From NCBI GenBank assembly GCA_037379345.1, contig CM074521.1, forward strand, positions 31,396,704-31,460,703: 64,000 nucleotides of DNA, in the 5' to 3' direction. How positions within the stretch are numbered: the first letter of the stretch is position 1; each line of letters begins with the position of its first letter. Origin of the DNA: Perna viridis. Lineage: Eukaryota. Shown here piece by piece: positions 38,601-53,600 of this stretch. Made by a program: the position numbers and the translations under genes. Under the pieces are notes generated by a model, which saw only the letters and a program-made list of their open reading frames with translations, did not search any database and was not told the DNA's origin.

Positions 38601-41600
38601 CAGATATTGCTAAATTCAATCTACATACAGTCACCTATCATACCTTTCTAATTTTAGCCTCTTTGATTTTTTCCAATGCTATTCGGATCTTCTCTGCCTT
38701 TATCCTTGCTTTCTGTTCCTCCTGAAAAAAGATACAATTTACATTTCATATGAAAAACTAATACAGCCCTGCCTCTTTCTAAAAGGGAGAAATTTAATAC
38801 CAGAGTGGCCATACCAAGTGTTTATGCTAGGGCAGGAATGAGTATATTTATGGTTACAATAGTTACGTTACCAATTCTGTGCATTTAATTCACAGTTCAC
38901 AGTAATTTTTTTTTTTTTCAATATGTTATTTTTAAAAAAACTTTGACTGAAATGAAGTAAATGAAAGGACAAACATTGTTCTACCATAGGCATATGAGAA
39001 CTGCTTCATTTGTATAGCTTACACTTTCAGTCTTTGGCTGAAGTATAAAACATAACCCTGCTTGTTAATGATCTCTGGTTTTCAAATTAAGAAATGCTCA
39101 GTAACCATGCTTTTTTCTCTTTTTTTGCAATAATATAAATGTTTGGAAGTAGTGTCAGGTGAATCACTATCATATCAGAAGTTGATATGGAAATAGTATA
39201 GCTCCATCACAATGTTCCATTCACACAATGTTAAAATAAAAACTGAATATTTTTTTCAAAGTGTACATATAAAAAGAGCGAAGATTTCATCGCATTTTCA
39301 AATTTCTGAACTATTATGCAGCATTTCTGATTAGTTGTCAAACTGTAAAGTGCAACTCAAATACCATCATGAGCCAATGCAAGGCAGTAGATGACATTCT
39401 AGCATTCACATACGCCCATAATCAGAAAGGCTATGATTATTATATCATGTAAATCTTTAAGCAGATAATTTCCAACCATGCATCAAATCACGTGCATTAA
39501 GAACTAGCAGTTTTGATATCAGTGCAGACAAAGCAGGTAAACTACTTGCGTCATTGAGTGGTTAGTATATCTGTATTGCAGAGCATGCGGAGGTATTAAT
39601 TGATCATACAAAAATACAACATCATGTTTGATAGATAAGATAAAAGAAACAATACTTTATTGATATACAATATGGTTAATAATAATACAATTATATGATC
39701 ATATAAAAGATGGATCTAGGAGAGGAACAACATCTGGATGCTGTGGTGACAGAGAACAATCAAAAGTCCTGATAAACAATGGAGAAATTATCAATGTAGT
39801 ACCTATATCTATACTAAATACCACACATGTTTCAAGGAGTAACCTCTCATCAACAGCATTAGAATTAAACATATAGGAAGATCTAAATCCAAAAACTAAT
39901 TGTATACAAGAAGTACTAAAAACCAAAACTATTGAAATATCATCAAGGGGTTCTACTATGTGTAATACAAGCAATAATACAATATACGTTTAAATTCAAA
40001 CTTTGAAAATTGAACTTAGAATATATAAAAACTTCAAACCAATCACCTTTTCAGACCAAGAAGAGTGTAAGTAGATCAACCAAAAAAATAACTTTTGACA
40101 CTATATTAACTAAGAAAGCTATCACAACAGAAGCAAAGTCAGTTTCACTTAACATCTCACAAAAGAGATTTGTTTAAATCCTCCAATCCTTCATCAAAAC
40201 TCCAAACTCAACTTCCTATAAAGTTCTTATGTAAACACCAGAATAGTTCTGCCTCAGCATTTTAATAACATATCAAGGCAATGAGGACTTTTGATTAAGC
40301 TGAGGCTAAATTCAGTGTAGCAATTGTAAATGATAGTAATATCACTAACAAAAACAGTACTTTTATCATACATCTGAGAAAACAACATGAAGCTAGCTCC
40401 AAATCAATAAATACCAGTTTGCTTTGAAATGAGAGAGTCCTGCAAACAAAATTAAGCTGTGTGTTGATATATATATTTTTTTCAGATTAAGACATTGTTG
40501 TGTGAAGCATTACAGGTTTGGCATTACAGCTTTTTTTTAATGTGCAGAAAAGTCTTTAGCATAGCATTACATACAAACTAGTGCCATGTGAGGACTTATA
40601 TATTACAAAAATTGAATTTTAGGTTAGCATACTCTAAAATGACTGGCTTTAGATTATACAGGGAGGGAAGTCACACTTAGGTAAAAGAAAGTTATCAAAA
40701 CTACACTACAAGATAAAAGACTGTTGTCGAGGAGTCATAGAACAACGTGAGTTAAGATGTAACATTGAAGTCAGAGAAAATTATGAAGTCAAGTTATGTT
40801 AAAAGATGAAAACTGGCATAAGTAAGTCAAAATGCAATGAGAGTTACAATGCAACATTGAAGTCAGAGAGAGTTATGAAGTTACATTATACTACAAGGTG
40901 GAGACATGTAAGGAAATCAAAGAAAAATGAGGCATACAATACAATATTAAAGTCTGTGAGAGTAATGAAACTAGATAATGATACAAGATAAAGACTGGTA
41001 TGAGAACAATAAGTCGAAGAATAACAACGCAATAATATGCTGATAGTGGGAGTAACGTGCACACTACGGCAAATCAAGGGAGGTGACTTACGGGAGGACA
41101 ATTCTCTTTCTGGAGTTCTTCTTCAAACAAACTCAACTGAGACATTAACAGTTCATGCATCTACAAAAATATCATAATGTAAAATAATATTTCCCAATAT
41201 AGCACAAAAATCTGAAAATCAAAAACATGTTCCTAAAAATTAGTAACAAAGAAACAAAATGTAATATGTACAATATATTCAGTGCAGCTACTGAAAAAAA
41301 AACAATACTGGTGGTCTGAAAAAAGACCAATGGCATGCATGAAAACATAGAATGTCCAGTTTACTTGGGTAGCTGTTATGGCAATAATATCAAGTTACTG
41401 TAAGCCATCAGTTACCATACTATCAACATTTATACTTAATAATAAGGTTAAAGAAGAACATTTTAAAAGGATTCAAATTATCTTGATTCTGAAAGATTTA
41501 TTATGACAAAGATTGCTTTAAATAGCTGGAAGTAATTTCTTTACTCATATTTTATATATTGGCTTTTCTTTCAATTTCATAAATAGACATATTTTGTTTT

Positions 41601-44600
41601 TATAAATATAACTTTTGCTCCAACACTAGGATGTGGAAGTAATAAAAATATCAACAACCTACAGAATTTCAGGCCATAATTGATAGGAGCTACCCATGAG
41701 TGTAATAATGCCATTAGCTGAGTAGAATTTTAGCAGCCAGAGTTATGTAATCATATTGAAACCTAATTAGGGTTCACTCACAGCCATCACATAAGCAGGA
41801 AATATGATGGATCATTTTGAGTTTGGAAAAACTATCAGAGTAAAAGAACTAACAATACTGGTTGATTAATTTAATGGGATTTCATTTGTTTAGAAAAAAC
41901 TTTATAAAAATCTGGGAATTCCTTACAATGACGTAACATAGCTAATGTAATATAACAGGTTTTTACAGGAGATGGGAATAAATCAGTCAGTGCAACAGGC
42001 TCAGCAATACACTAACAAGAAATTGTTGTCATGCTAGGTATACCCCCGCTCATACAGGAAATGAGAATAAATCAATCAGTACAACAGACTCAGCAATACA
42101 CTATTGAGAAGTTGTTGTCTTACTAGGTATACCCCCGCTCATACAGGAAGTGAGAATAAATCAGTCAGTACAACAGACTCAGCAATACACTAAAGAGAAG
42201 TTGTTGTCATGCTAGGTATATCCCTGCTCATACAGGAAGTGAGAATAAATCAGTCAGTGCAAAAGACTCAGCGATACACTAACGAGAAGTTGTTGTCGTG
42301 CTAGGTATACCCCCGCTCATACATGAAGTAAATGTTAGACAGAAAACAAAATCGCTTACAATATATCCCATATTTAAATAAAGCCATAAAATTTTTTACT
42401 AATCTACTCATTGAGAGTTGAGATAATTGCAACATAATTTGGACAAATGGAATGATGGACAGACAGTGGTAGGAACAGAAAATAACTTTTTCTAAGTTCA
42501 TTTGTTTTATTTTTTTTAAGGTTTTTGAGAAAAAGGTTTAAAATATTTTTTTACCACAATTGTGACTCCAGGTAAATCTCAACTGAAGTGAAAAATCATT
42601 CTTTCCTTTCAGATCAGATTAGTGTTCGGTAATTTTATTGTTACCCTTAATTTCCAAAGCTGGTTGTTGTTTTTCATATAAAATCAGAGCATACAATTAC
42701 CATTTGGACTGATGATTACTCTTGTATATTGATGTTCAGTTACAAAATTCAAAACCACTGAGAAAAAATACACAGAGGACTGGACAAGAAAAGTAGTACA
42801 TATAATTGAAATTTAACTGCAATGTAAAAATAACAGTTCATACTGGACAAAAATTGAGTAATATCTGTTTTGTTTCATACATCCAGTAATCTCATATTGC
42901 TGGCAATGCACTGAATTATTGAATAAAATATGAAAAAGCACTCAAAACACAGCAGGAACCTGCTACAAGCACTGCTCAATAATTCATATAGAAAATAATT
43001 GGTTATAATGATGATTATGTAATTTTCTGTAAAGAAAAGGAGATAATTAAGGTATTACACCCTCAGGAACAAAACAGCGACATGTATGGACCTTCCGGAA
43101 CAACAAGAGCAATCATATAGATAAATACAGTCACCATGAAACAACTTAGTGAAATAATGGAGGAGAGGATGGGTTAATAACTGGAGTAGGGTATTAAATC
43201 AGTATTACTATGGGACAGTGTGGGAGATACATTGGTTTCTGCCCTGTCATTTCGCCCTAAAACAAGAGGCTCCCAGGAGTCTGAATTGACCACCTGGTTG
43301 AATTTTGCCTTTCAAAGGCAATAAATTTAACAAGAAGTTGTCCAACAATTCTGACTCAAGAAGTCTTTGGTAGAGTTTATCATAAGGATCATTTCAACAA
43401 TTGAAAGTTTCTTTTAATCTGTCATACTTTTCAAGATATCGACTGAAAACTGTTACAAAAAAGTCATTTTCCCCTTTCAAGGGCAATAACTCTTACAAGG
43501 AGTCATCAGACAACTTTTGTCCCTGAAGACTTTTGTAGTCAAAGGAACAACTGGTGTGAGGGTTTGGGCTAGAGGCTGTATGAAGGAACAACTGGTGTGA
43601 GACTGTGGGCTAGAGGCTGTACAAAGGAATGACTGGTGTGAGAGTTTGGCATGAGACTACACGAAAGAATGACTCATGTGAGGCTTTGGGCTAGAGGCCA
43701 TACGAAGGACCAACTGGTGTGAGAGTTTGGGGTAGAGGCTGCACGAAGGAACAACTGGTGTAAGAGTTTAGGCTAGAGGCCATACGAAGACCCAACTGGT
43801 GTGAGGGTTTAGGCTAGAGGCCATACAAAGGAACAGCTGGTGTGAGGGTTTAGGCTAGAGGCTGAACTATGAATGAGCAGACTGATATAGATTCCTTCTT
43901 CAGGTTTACAGATCTGATTTACACTATTTCAAGGGATAAGCTTTAAATTCTATCATTAGAGGCCCAACTTCCAAAAGTAAAATATTTTGTTTTGACCATA
44001 TATAGGACTTCATCTGTAGAAAGTAAAGACCCAACAAAATGTTCAGTATTATAAGTTACTGACCCCCTTCAAAGGAAATTTCTTGATTTAAAGTAGAGCT
44101 AGACAGTACTGAATATTCATTACCGTACTGAATATTCATTACCCTACAAGGCTAATTTTACATAAATTTGATAATACATGAAAGACTCTTCAAATATGAT
44201 GCAGTAAGACACTTTGGCAAGCTCAGCATCAATAATTCATACCAAATATCCCTGATTATGCCTGTTACATAATCACAGTCTCTGAGTGATCATTGAAGCA
44301 CGACAGCTTTTGTACATTACCATAGGGAACCAGGCTTTAATAATCTGCATACAGATCTTGTGCCTAGTAGGAACGACAGGTTTGATAATATTTAATGGCT
44401 GTGTTTATTGCACATTAATTCAGCTGTTTGAGATGTGAAATTTTTTTGCATATTTTTTCCAGATCATAACAAACAAGATGCATCAATATTAATATTCAGA
44501 AGCTTTAAGATTATGTGATAATTTACAGATCTAAAATTGTGAAAATATGTCACTTAAAAAGCAGTAAATTGAACATGTAATGTTCCTGTAAGATCTTAGA

Positions 44601-47600
44601 GAAAATGTTTAAATGACCATCCCCAAAATTGTTATGAAAGTCCTTTAGAGACTAGGAACTGTTTCATTTAATCATAATACACATTTAGGTACTCAAAGCT
44701 TGGTCAGAATCTGCTCTAAGCCTTTCTCAATTATTCATACTAAATATCATTTTTATTACAACTTTTACATAATAAACAAGGAAAATCAAAGAGAACTGCT
44801 GAAGCAGGATAATTATAGAACAAGACCGCAAGGAATACAAAGTGTGACAATGGATCTTGTTGGAGCCACATATTATCATTACCATCATTACGTAATACAG
44901 TACCCATGAGGCATCAGCTGTATTAATCTGATCTTGGACCATTATGAAACTTCATTAGGTGAAAAGAATATCAGTTACTAGAATTTATTTTTGCAGTGGA
45001 ATAATTCTGAAGAAATATATAAACTGGTAGGTATCACAACAAGTTTTTAAAGTTTAAACATCTTCAAAGAACAAATTCAACTCTTTGGTTCTTGGTCAAC
45101 ACAATAGAAATCTTTCATACATGACAGTCACATAAAAGGGTAGAAGCTAGAGCAAAGTTCTATATAACTGAAACAAGAATGGCCCTAAATCATTGGGAAT
45201 GACCTATTTAAGTGGCCCTTAATCATTGGGAATGACCTATTTAATTTAGAAATGATTGTTTGTACTTAAGGAAGGCACTGAGCGTGTGTTCTAAGGAGTT
45301 TCCTGTTGGTCGATACATCACCCATTCAACAACATAGGGGTGTATTATCAAGTATGTTGTTGTTTTACTACAAATAGCTCTATCCTTATATCGGTCTTTA
45401 GCGACAGAAATGTTGAAAGGTACCTAAACAGGCACAATGTGTGTGGGTTGAATTTGGAAGTCTGAACCTGTGACCATGGTCAAAGAAAGGGTGCACATTA
45501 AAGTCTACTTTGTTGACCTCATCTTCTCCCCCCCTTTTCAATTAATCAGTTAGATTACTATCAGTTTGAAATAGATTAAATTTTCTTTTATCACCTGTCT
45601 AACCATTCAGCAATAGCAGTGAAACTGTTTATCCATCCCATAATAGCCACAAACTTTATTAAATTCAGTCCATAACCAGCTCAGTCCATTAACTAACTAC
45701 ATTAGCACATGTCAAAGACAGGTGGGGACTAATTGACACTGTCCTGTTGATCAGCTAATTGATAACCTCCTGTGATTAACTTTAATTCAGTCCCTTGTTT
45801 AATTATTTGATGGAGGCAATAGTTTACATACTGTAAATTAGGTGTAACCAGTATAATTTGATGGGTTTAATGATGTGTATGTATAAAATGCACCAAATAA
45901 ACTATTAAACTCTATACTGATAACCAAATATTCAACCCAACAGATTTTAAAGTTGGATCCCCTGCTAGTTTAAATGTTCACACTTTTAAGCAATACAAAA
46001 TTTTCAATAAGAAAGTACCTAGTCAAATGTAACAACTGTTCATGCAGTTATATACCTGATTAAATACCAAAACACCAAGGGATTGTCAACAACAAACCAA
46101 ACCATCCCTTTATACCTACTAAACCAAAACCAAGTACCAATTACCTCCCCTGAATACTTACTTCAGAGATCTGTGCTGCAAATGGTGTCACTGTACAAGT
46201 ACTGGTCATGCTTGCTGAATCTCCTGAGCCAGAACTGGATGCCTCAGCAGACGACGAAACAGTCACCATGGAAGTGAAGGATTCAGATGAAGGAAGCGAA
46301 GCATTCTCAGAGAAGGCAGAATCTGTCTCACCAATGTCTTGTGCATCAGAACATGATCCACGTCGTGTGAGAAACTGATCATGTAATAATTCTAAATCTC
46401 CGTAAGGTAAACTGTGTCTAAATCCTAAACTTTGTGTAATTTCTGAAGCCAGTGCGTCAAGTTCTGATTGTGCCAAGTCATTGCCACTGTCCCTGTGTTC
46501 ATCCTTTACCAGACCCATATTGTTACGATCTAGTTCATGTTCTGTTGTGTTTAGTTGCATTTCAAGATCACATAATTCCCCAAGAATTGCATCGAAATTG
46601 ACATCCTGATTTTCTGAAATTATAAAGATAAACAACATTGTGAATATTACTATCCTTTCCAAAACAGATACAGCTCTGTAGTACTGGGGTTTATAACCCT
46701 GGAATGTTACATTTCTAAAGGATTTGATCTTCTCCACTAATCTGTGTCCTTTGGATTCTAATCAGGTCAAATACTGAACAATAATTGAGGCAGATTTGAA
46801 CATTCTAAGAATGAAAGCCAGCATCAGCTAATACTGCCTTAAACCCTCATAACATTCTTGCCATAAAGATGAGTCGAGAATTTCATGTCTTTGGAATTAG
46901 AGTGGGAATTAGCTTACAAAGCCCATTATTACTGACAGTTTATGCAGAATACTTGGAAATTTCGAAATCGATTTGTTACGCAAGCCATTATAAGATTTTT
47001 TAAAACCTTGAAAATTGGATCTTGTTTTCTTCCTGCAGAAGATTGACATTTAAGGAATTAGCAACTGTACTAAAGGAGAACTGACTATCATGCTTGGGTA
47101 ATAGGAAGATTCAATTTGAGGTAATATAATCCAATGATTGGCAAAGCATATTTTCACATTGGGGGATATTGAAATTAGGATACTCATAAAAGTTATTCTA
47201 ATTGGAAATTAAATTTTCTAAAACAGGAAACACAGGATTCCTCATGAGATTCTGACATTTATTATTACTCTAATGAAATTAAATTTCTTGTCATTCAAAA
47301 AATATATATAATTAGAAGTAAACACAAATAGTAGTTAACATTTGGTGAACCAGTAAATGTCCACAAAAAAATAACAGGTATTATCTTTTCATATCATGTA
47401 TATAAATGTTGAAATGACTTTCAATTTAGAATACTGATTAAAAAATCATTGCAAAAAATGTATTAGAAAGTTATTTTTTACACATAAGCATGCTATGTTT
47501 CTCAAATATTTGAAATCAAACTTTCAGTTTAGCTCCTTTTACTAACCAGAAAAGACTTCAATTAAATAACCCAGCACCAACTCCTGAACTGATTCTAAAC

Positions 47601-50600
47601 TAAGGTCCAGTCACACCAAAAGAAGGTCAATCAAGAGTAGTTCAGAAACTAACCTTACACAATCTTTTGTTCATAAAATCCAACCAAGAAAACAAAGCAT
47701 CAAACCTTCAGTCAAAACAACTGACAAAGAATAAATACAAAATCATTTCAGGAAATTCAGTCAAGATAAATATATTGAAAGCCTTTGTCAAATCCTAACA
47801 CAAAGCATCTAACTCACCCACATACTACATAGCATTAAATTGATCAAAGAGGATTTCATGTAATGAAAACCTTATGGAAAATTAGTAAACTAATTACTCA
47901 GTTGGCAAACTGAAGATCATTTCATTAAATGAGGAGAAATGCCAAGTGAAATCTGTTTAAGTGATCAGTTCTATTTCTGGTAGCCAGGTGTAAAGGGCTC
48001 ATACCAACTGCAATAATCCTTAAAAATCTATGGTTTGTAAAAAGAAATGAATAAGAAGATTTGTAAAAAAAATTGTGCAGAAATACTTCACTTTCTTGTA
48101 GTACAGTGAAGACCAGTCTCATTTTCCTGTATGTCTATACTTAAACTTTATATAAAGTACAGCCTGATGTTTCCAAATAGTTTATATTCAGAATTCACTG
48201 CTAGTTCTAATTGTCCAAAAAGATTTTTTTACTATAATAAAGTTCCAAGTTACTTGCATTTCAAAAAGGCATGTAATTAAAGACTGCTTGGAATTAAAAG
48301 TATAACATTTTGCACTCTAAAACCTATCCACTGAATGTATGTACAGTATTACATTAGCAACAAACAACTGCTGAAGTTTTGCAATATTTTTTCTCAACAA
48401 TTGTAGCAATTCAAATTATGATTTTGTCCCCAGTTTATGTACACTATTGGGTTGGTTTAGATAGCTTTTGTTATGACCTCAAATATTTAGATGGTATTGT
48501 GCAGTGAGTTAAAATCAATGAGCTTTAAGATCATATTCTATAGAATTAACGTTGAGGGACACGGCATACCTATGCATATACATTTGGAAAGCTGCAATCT
48601 ATATATCTGATTTTTTTGGATGATTGATTGATTGATTATGGTTAAACATCCTCAGCAAATATTCCATGCATTTCAGGATGAGAATAATTGACCAATTCAG
48701 CAGACCCTGCCCTGTACTAATCCCACAAGCTGAGATGGATTTTTATCATGCTAGCTCACAGAAACAGCAGCCTGCATGTAGGCATACCACCCCACACAGA
48801 CATGTTACTTTGACCCTAAGCCAACCAGTATTCATTCTACCACCTGAAACAGAGTGTGCTGGGCAGAGAAGCAGTGACCTCCAATTTTAAGGTCTTTAAT
48901 GTGACTCAGCAGGGATCGCACCCACAACCTCCCACACTCATGGTGTGCCTGGTACCTTGAGACCACTAAGGCGGCCCACAGTGTGTTTTGTGTGGTTTGT
49001 TCTGCTCATCTATGTGCATATTTTAACTTTTGTTTGTCCATGTCCATTTATGTGTTTTAGAATATGCTTATTGTTTTGGATATCCCCCTTTCATTGGCAC
49101 AACAGTATTTTGGTGTTTTCTAAAGGTATCATCAATTAATAGAATAAAAAGGATGGGAAATCAGGGATGAGAGGAAGTAATTTAACCTTTGGTGTGTTTA
49201 CTTCTGAAACAAAGCAGTAGCACACTCTCTCAACTTTGGCTAAAAACACAGCTGCATTTAGTTATATTTAGAAACAGTCAGAAACTACTTTAGATTTCAA
49301 CTTCAGTCATTTGTCAAAATCATTCAAATAGATTTCCCTTTGGCAGGATCCCAAATTAGTATGTAGATAGCAGAACATCAGTATTGCATGTGTGAAATAA
49401 AAGAAAAAAATACACAGAAAAAGCCAGAATCATTCTACAAAACACCTTAACTTCATGACCTTACAGACCACGGGCTTCAGCAACATCCAGATTGACATTC
49501 AATCAGGCAAGGTTACAGGAATGAAACAATAAAAGAGCAGACAAATGGTCTAACAGTACTGTCTTCGAATAGGATAACACATAGATACTTGACAGTATTA
49601 GCAAGTCTGTACAGGAACCTAACAGCTGAAAGTTTCATAAATATCCACCAAGAAGTAAAGAAAAAAGACTTGCAATTACCATTATGATGAACAGATGGAT
49701 AGATAGATAGACAGACAGAAACCTATACTCCTGACTTTTGTTTTGCAGGGCTACAATAGAAAATAATTATGAAGGAAAAAAATATATTAAAAGAAGCAAC
49801 TCTGCAACTAACTAAACAAACATTGAGAACAGAAAGGCATCAAGTGATCTCTAAGAAGTCTACTACTGAAGTGGACATGTTCAAACCCAATACAAAAATG
49901 TATCAAAATAGCATCCACTTGTAAGTTTCATCTACTGAGTCTGAGCCAACTTTAATCATCTATCAATCAATTAATAGGCAGTAATTAGTAGATAATTAAA
50001 GAATAATAAATAAACTGACAGTCAGTGTCTGATGAGTTACATCTGATTATATACTAGTAGTTTCGACTTAAGACATGATTCATCCAGTTTCAAAAAATGA
50101 TAAGTGTTATATATTGTGTAAAGCCAATTTCCCAGGTACTATTTTTGAGCTTTTATGGCAAAAATAAATACACAACAAAAATGCATTTTACAGTACTTCA
50201 AAACACATTGATCTCAGGACAAAAATGTTATCATTTATTTCTATGGGCTTCATGATTTGTAATATCATAACTCCTATCAGTCTACTATACTTTTACATCA
50301 AATGAAATCCTTGAAAACTTCTGGTAAAAGTACTGTTAAAAATATCAAAGTATATAAAAAGCTAAGAATGATCTAAAATAATATTATGAAAGTCAATGTT
50401 AGATCAAAGATATGGAAAAAAGAGAGTCTACATATCACTGACACTTCTGCCTGACAACTTCAGGAAATTCATCTGGTGGTTTCAGATATTCAAACATTCC
50501 AATTTTATAATGTGCAAAACAAGGGGCCATAACTCCTGAATATGGTTGACCAGTTCATAAAATATATCAAGAAGATGGGGAAATGGACATTGCGAGAAAA

Positions 50601-53600
50601 GTGGAAATTTGGAAAGAAATTCAGAAATGACTCTTATTTTTTTTTAATCTGAGAGAGAATTTAGACATGGACTCAGCTAGGACTACATATCAGTAGAAGA
50701 TAAGAACCTACCTGATACGTTTTATCCTAATAATTCAGTGAAAACATTAATTCATCATTACTTAACTATGTATGCAAATTAAACTTAAAAATAAGGTAAT
50801 AATAAGACAATGGGTCATGCTTCAGTGACTTTAGGAACTATCAAAACTTTGTTATTACTGTTGAGTCATAAAGTGTAATGTCTTCTGCAAAACATTACAG
50901 TAAACCACAAAACCTTAGAGAAAATTAATGGTGCATTCTATAAAACTGTTGCTATGACGAAATCCTGTTCACCATAGTGATTGATTTTTGTGTAAAATGT
51001 CCAGATCAATTCAGTTTGGCGTCACCGTGGCGATCTAGTCCAGGAACTTATTTATATTGACAAATTTGATCATTCAGAGATTGTTAAGGAAAACTGGAGA
51101 AGATGGATGATTGCCGTGGTTAGATCCAATAGAGGTTTCCATATCTAGGTCTTCCATAAATTGGCTCAAAACAACAACCAACAAGGAAGCACTTATAATT
51201 AAACAGCAATATAAAGTTATACTGCCATAGTTTATTGAATTTTAATACCCACCTACAATTAAGAAATATCAATAAACTAGGAAAATGATCAAACGCAAGG
51301 ATAACTTAGAATGATGTTTTTAACAGAGGAGTTTCCAGAATTTCTATATTTCAGCCAACATGATTCAATTGTAGGGAGATACTAATGGTACCAGCCATTT
51401 TAGAGAACTATCATTATTTACATATTTTATGAGTACAATAGGTTGACAAGAACTGTGAAAGGCCTGTTGTTTATTGGGAACCAATTTTTTTTTTTTGTGG
51501 TTTCGGTGGTTTGGTCGAAAAACAAATTTAACATCCCATCAAAATATTAAAGATCCATTAAAAACATAGATTCTAAACTTCAATCCAGGAACTCAAAACT
51601 CAACACAATTTCACAAACCATAATATTGATATCTATGAAATCTGAACCTTTAGAGTATACAACTTTTTAGGTATCAACCTTCAAAAAATGATGAGAAACT
51701 GTACTAGTCTGTATTGGGAAGTTAGAAAAAGGTCTGACCCATGAAATAAAGATGACTATCCTTCATATTACACTATGAGAAAATTGATAGACAATGGTGT
51801 CCCCAGTCAGTGGGAAGACTGTTAAACATTAGTAAGGGCTATCATTATTATTTTGTGGGGTTTTAATCATGAACAGCAACCATTGTAATTTAACATTATT
51901 CAATTTGAGTGTGAAACAGCATGTGTAACGATGAAATACACAAAAGTACAATTTCATTAAAACAGATTATAATTAATGTATTAATAATATTTTCATATGT
52001 GAAGTACCACTAGATAATGAGTACAATATCGGACCATATCAACTGGAGTATTCAACAAGAGTCGTCAGAATTGTGGTTCATTCAGGGATGGACCCCTTCA
52101 AATAATATACATTTCAGCATTTATAATGCCTAAAGTATGCCATATAAATACAAAAAGAAAATAATAAACAAAAAACAGCAAACATACTTTACATGTTTAA
52201 AAAAAAAAACCCTGTTTTGCTCTCATAATCAGTTTGATTCAGAAGATTAGAAAATTTACAAAAATAATTTAACAAGCTGGTTATGTGGATTAAATATACA
52301 TGTTGTAAAGGATATTGAAGTAATTCATTATACAAATTAATAGTTTTGTTAGTACATGTATCATGATTAAACTGTGTCGAGGTTGTCTAGAGATCAAGTA
52401 TTTTTCCTCAGGTCATAGTCTGCTCTAGAAACATGTCAGAGGAAAGAAGCCATTCACACTCAAGTGAGAACAAACTTATCTGCTGTGTATTGACACTGAG
52501 AGACATGATCAGCCAAGAGAAGATAATAAAACAGCGCAGTAATGGTCTCAGTCTTGTATTCTTTGCCCCCCATAGGCTTCTATAGTATATCTTAAATTTT
52601 CATGATTTTTTTAAAAAATAGACAAGGAGTTTCAATCTAACTTTTGACCATGTTTTTCAATTAAGGAAATGTCAAAAATAATTTTTAGGTCCATTTTAGA
52701 AAAAAAGGCACGAACTTTGGTACACAAGGCAGGTCAAAATAAAAATAGACTTTTTTCTACTTTCACTTTTATTTTGAGTTCATAAAATAGACCCCTTTTC
52801 TGATGCATTATTTTTCATGAAAATACTGTTTTCCTCAAAAACAAGTTTTATGTGTCATTGCTTGATATTTACCCCATACTTTTAATAAAAAATGATAGTC
52901 ATTTGCCAAGAAACAAAAACAGGAAAAGGCAAAAAGGAAGCGCATTATATTTTTTAGCCTCCATGTTTTAACGTACACCCGCTCAGGAATATGTAATACA
53001 AGACTGATACCTAATGTTGATCCATTCTCATCTATCAGCACATTATCCAAGATTTTCTACAATGTGGCTGCAGGGTAATTTCTCTTTGACAACAAGATGC
53101 TTAAACTTATAAAGTGTTAGGATGGAGACAGAAGGTCTCCATAAACCAAAACCAAAACCCTTGATGTGACCGAGTCATGATGGATTGGTCTTCATAAAGC
53201 ATAACACCCTTAGTGTGATTGACTCATGATGGATAGGTCTCCATAAACCATAATACCCTTGGTGTGATTGACTCATGATGGATAGGTCTCCATAAACCAT
53301 AATACCCTTGGTGTGATTGACTCATGATGGATAGGTCTCCATAAACCATAATACCCTTGGTGTGATTGACTCATGATGGATAGGTGTCCATAAACCATAA
53401 TACCCTTGGTGTGACTGACTCATGATGGATAGGTCTCAATAAAGCATAATACCCTTGGTGTGATTGACTCATGATGGATAGGTCTCCATAAACCATAATA
53501 CCCTTGGTGTGACTGACTCATGATGGATAGGTCTCAATAAAGCATAATATCCTTGGTGTGATTGACTCATGGTGGATAGGTCTCCATAAACCAATCTTGT

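Noticed and set aside
43470-43545. Hammerhead-like CTGATGA (minus strand near 43503) and CTGAAGA (43523); also CTGATGA at 36162, 42709, 50029 and 63652
   Set aside because: None has a stem II closed directly by GAAA with a matching cleavage triplet.
47814-47870. Minus-strand [14 protein letters not shown] followed by gtgagt as an alternative first exon
   Set aside because: The phase-0 donor is incompatible with the phase-1 acceptor at 46613, and there is no other support.
48900-48976. tRNA gene
   Set aside because: Degenerate A/B boxes continue into a SINE core and tail; no cloverleaf.
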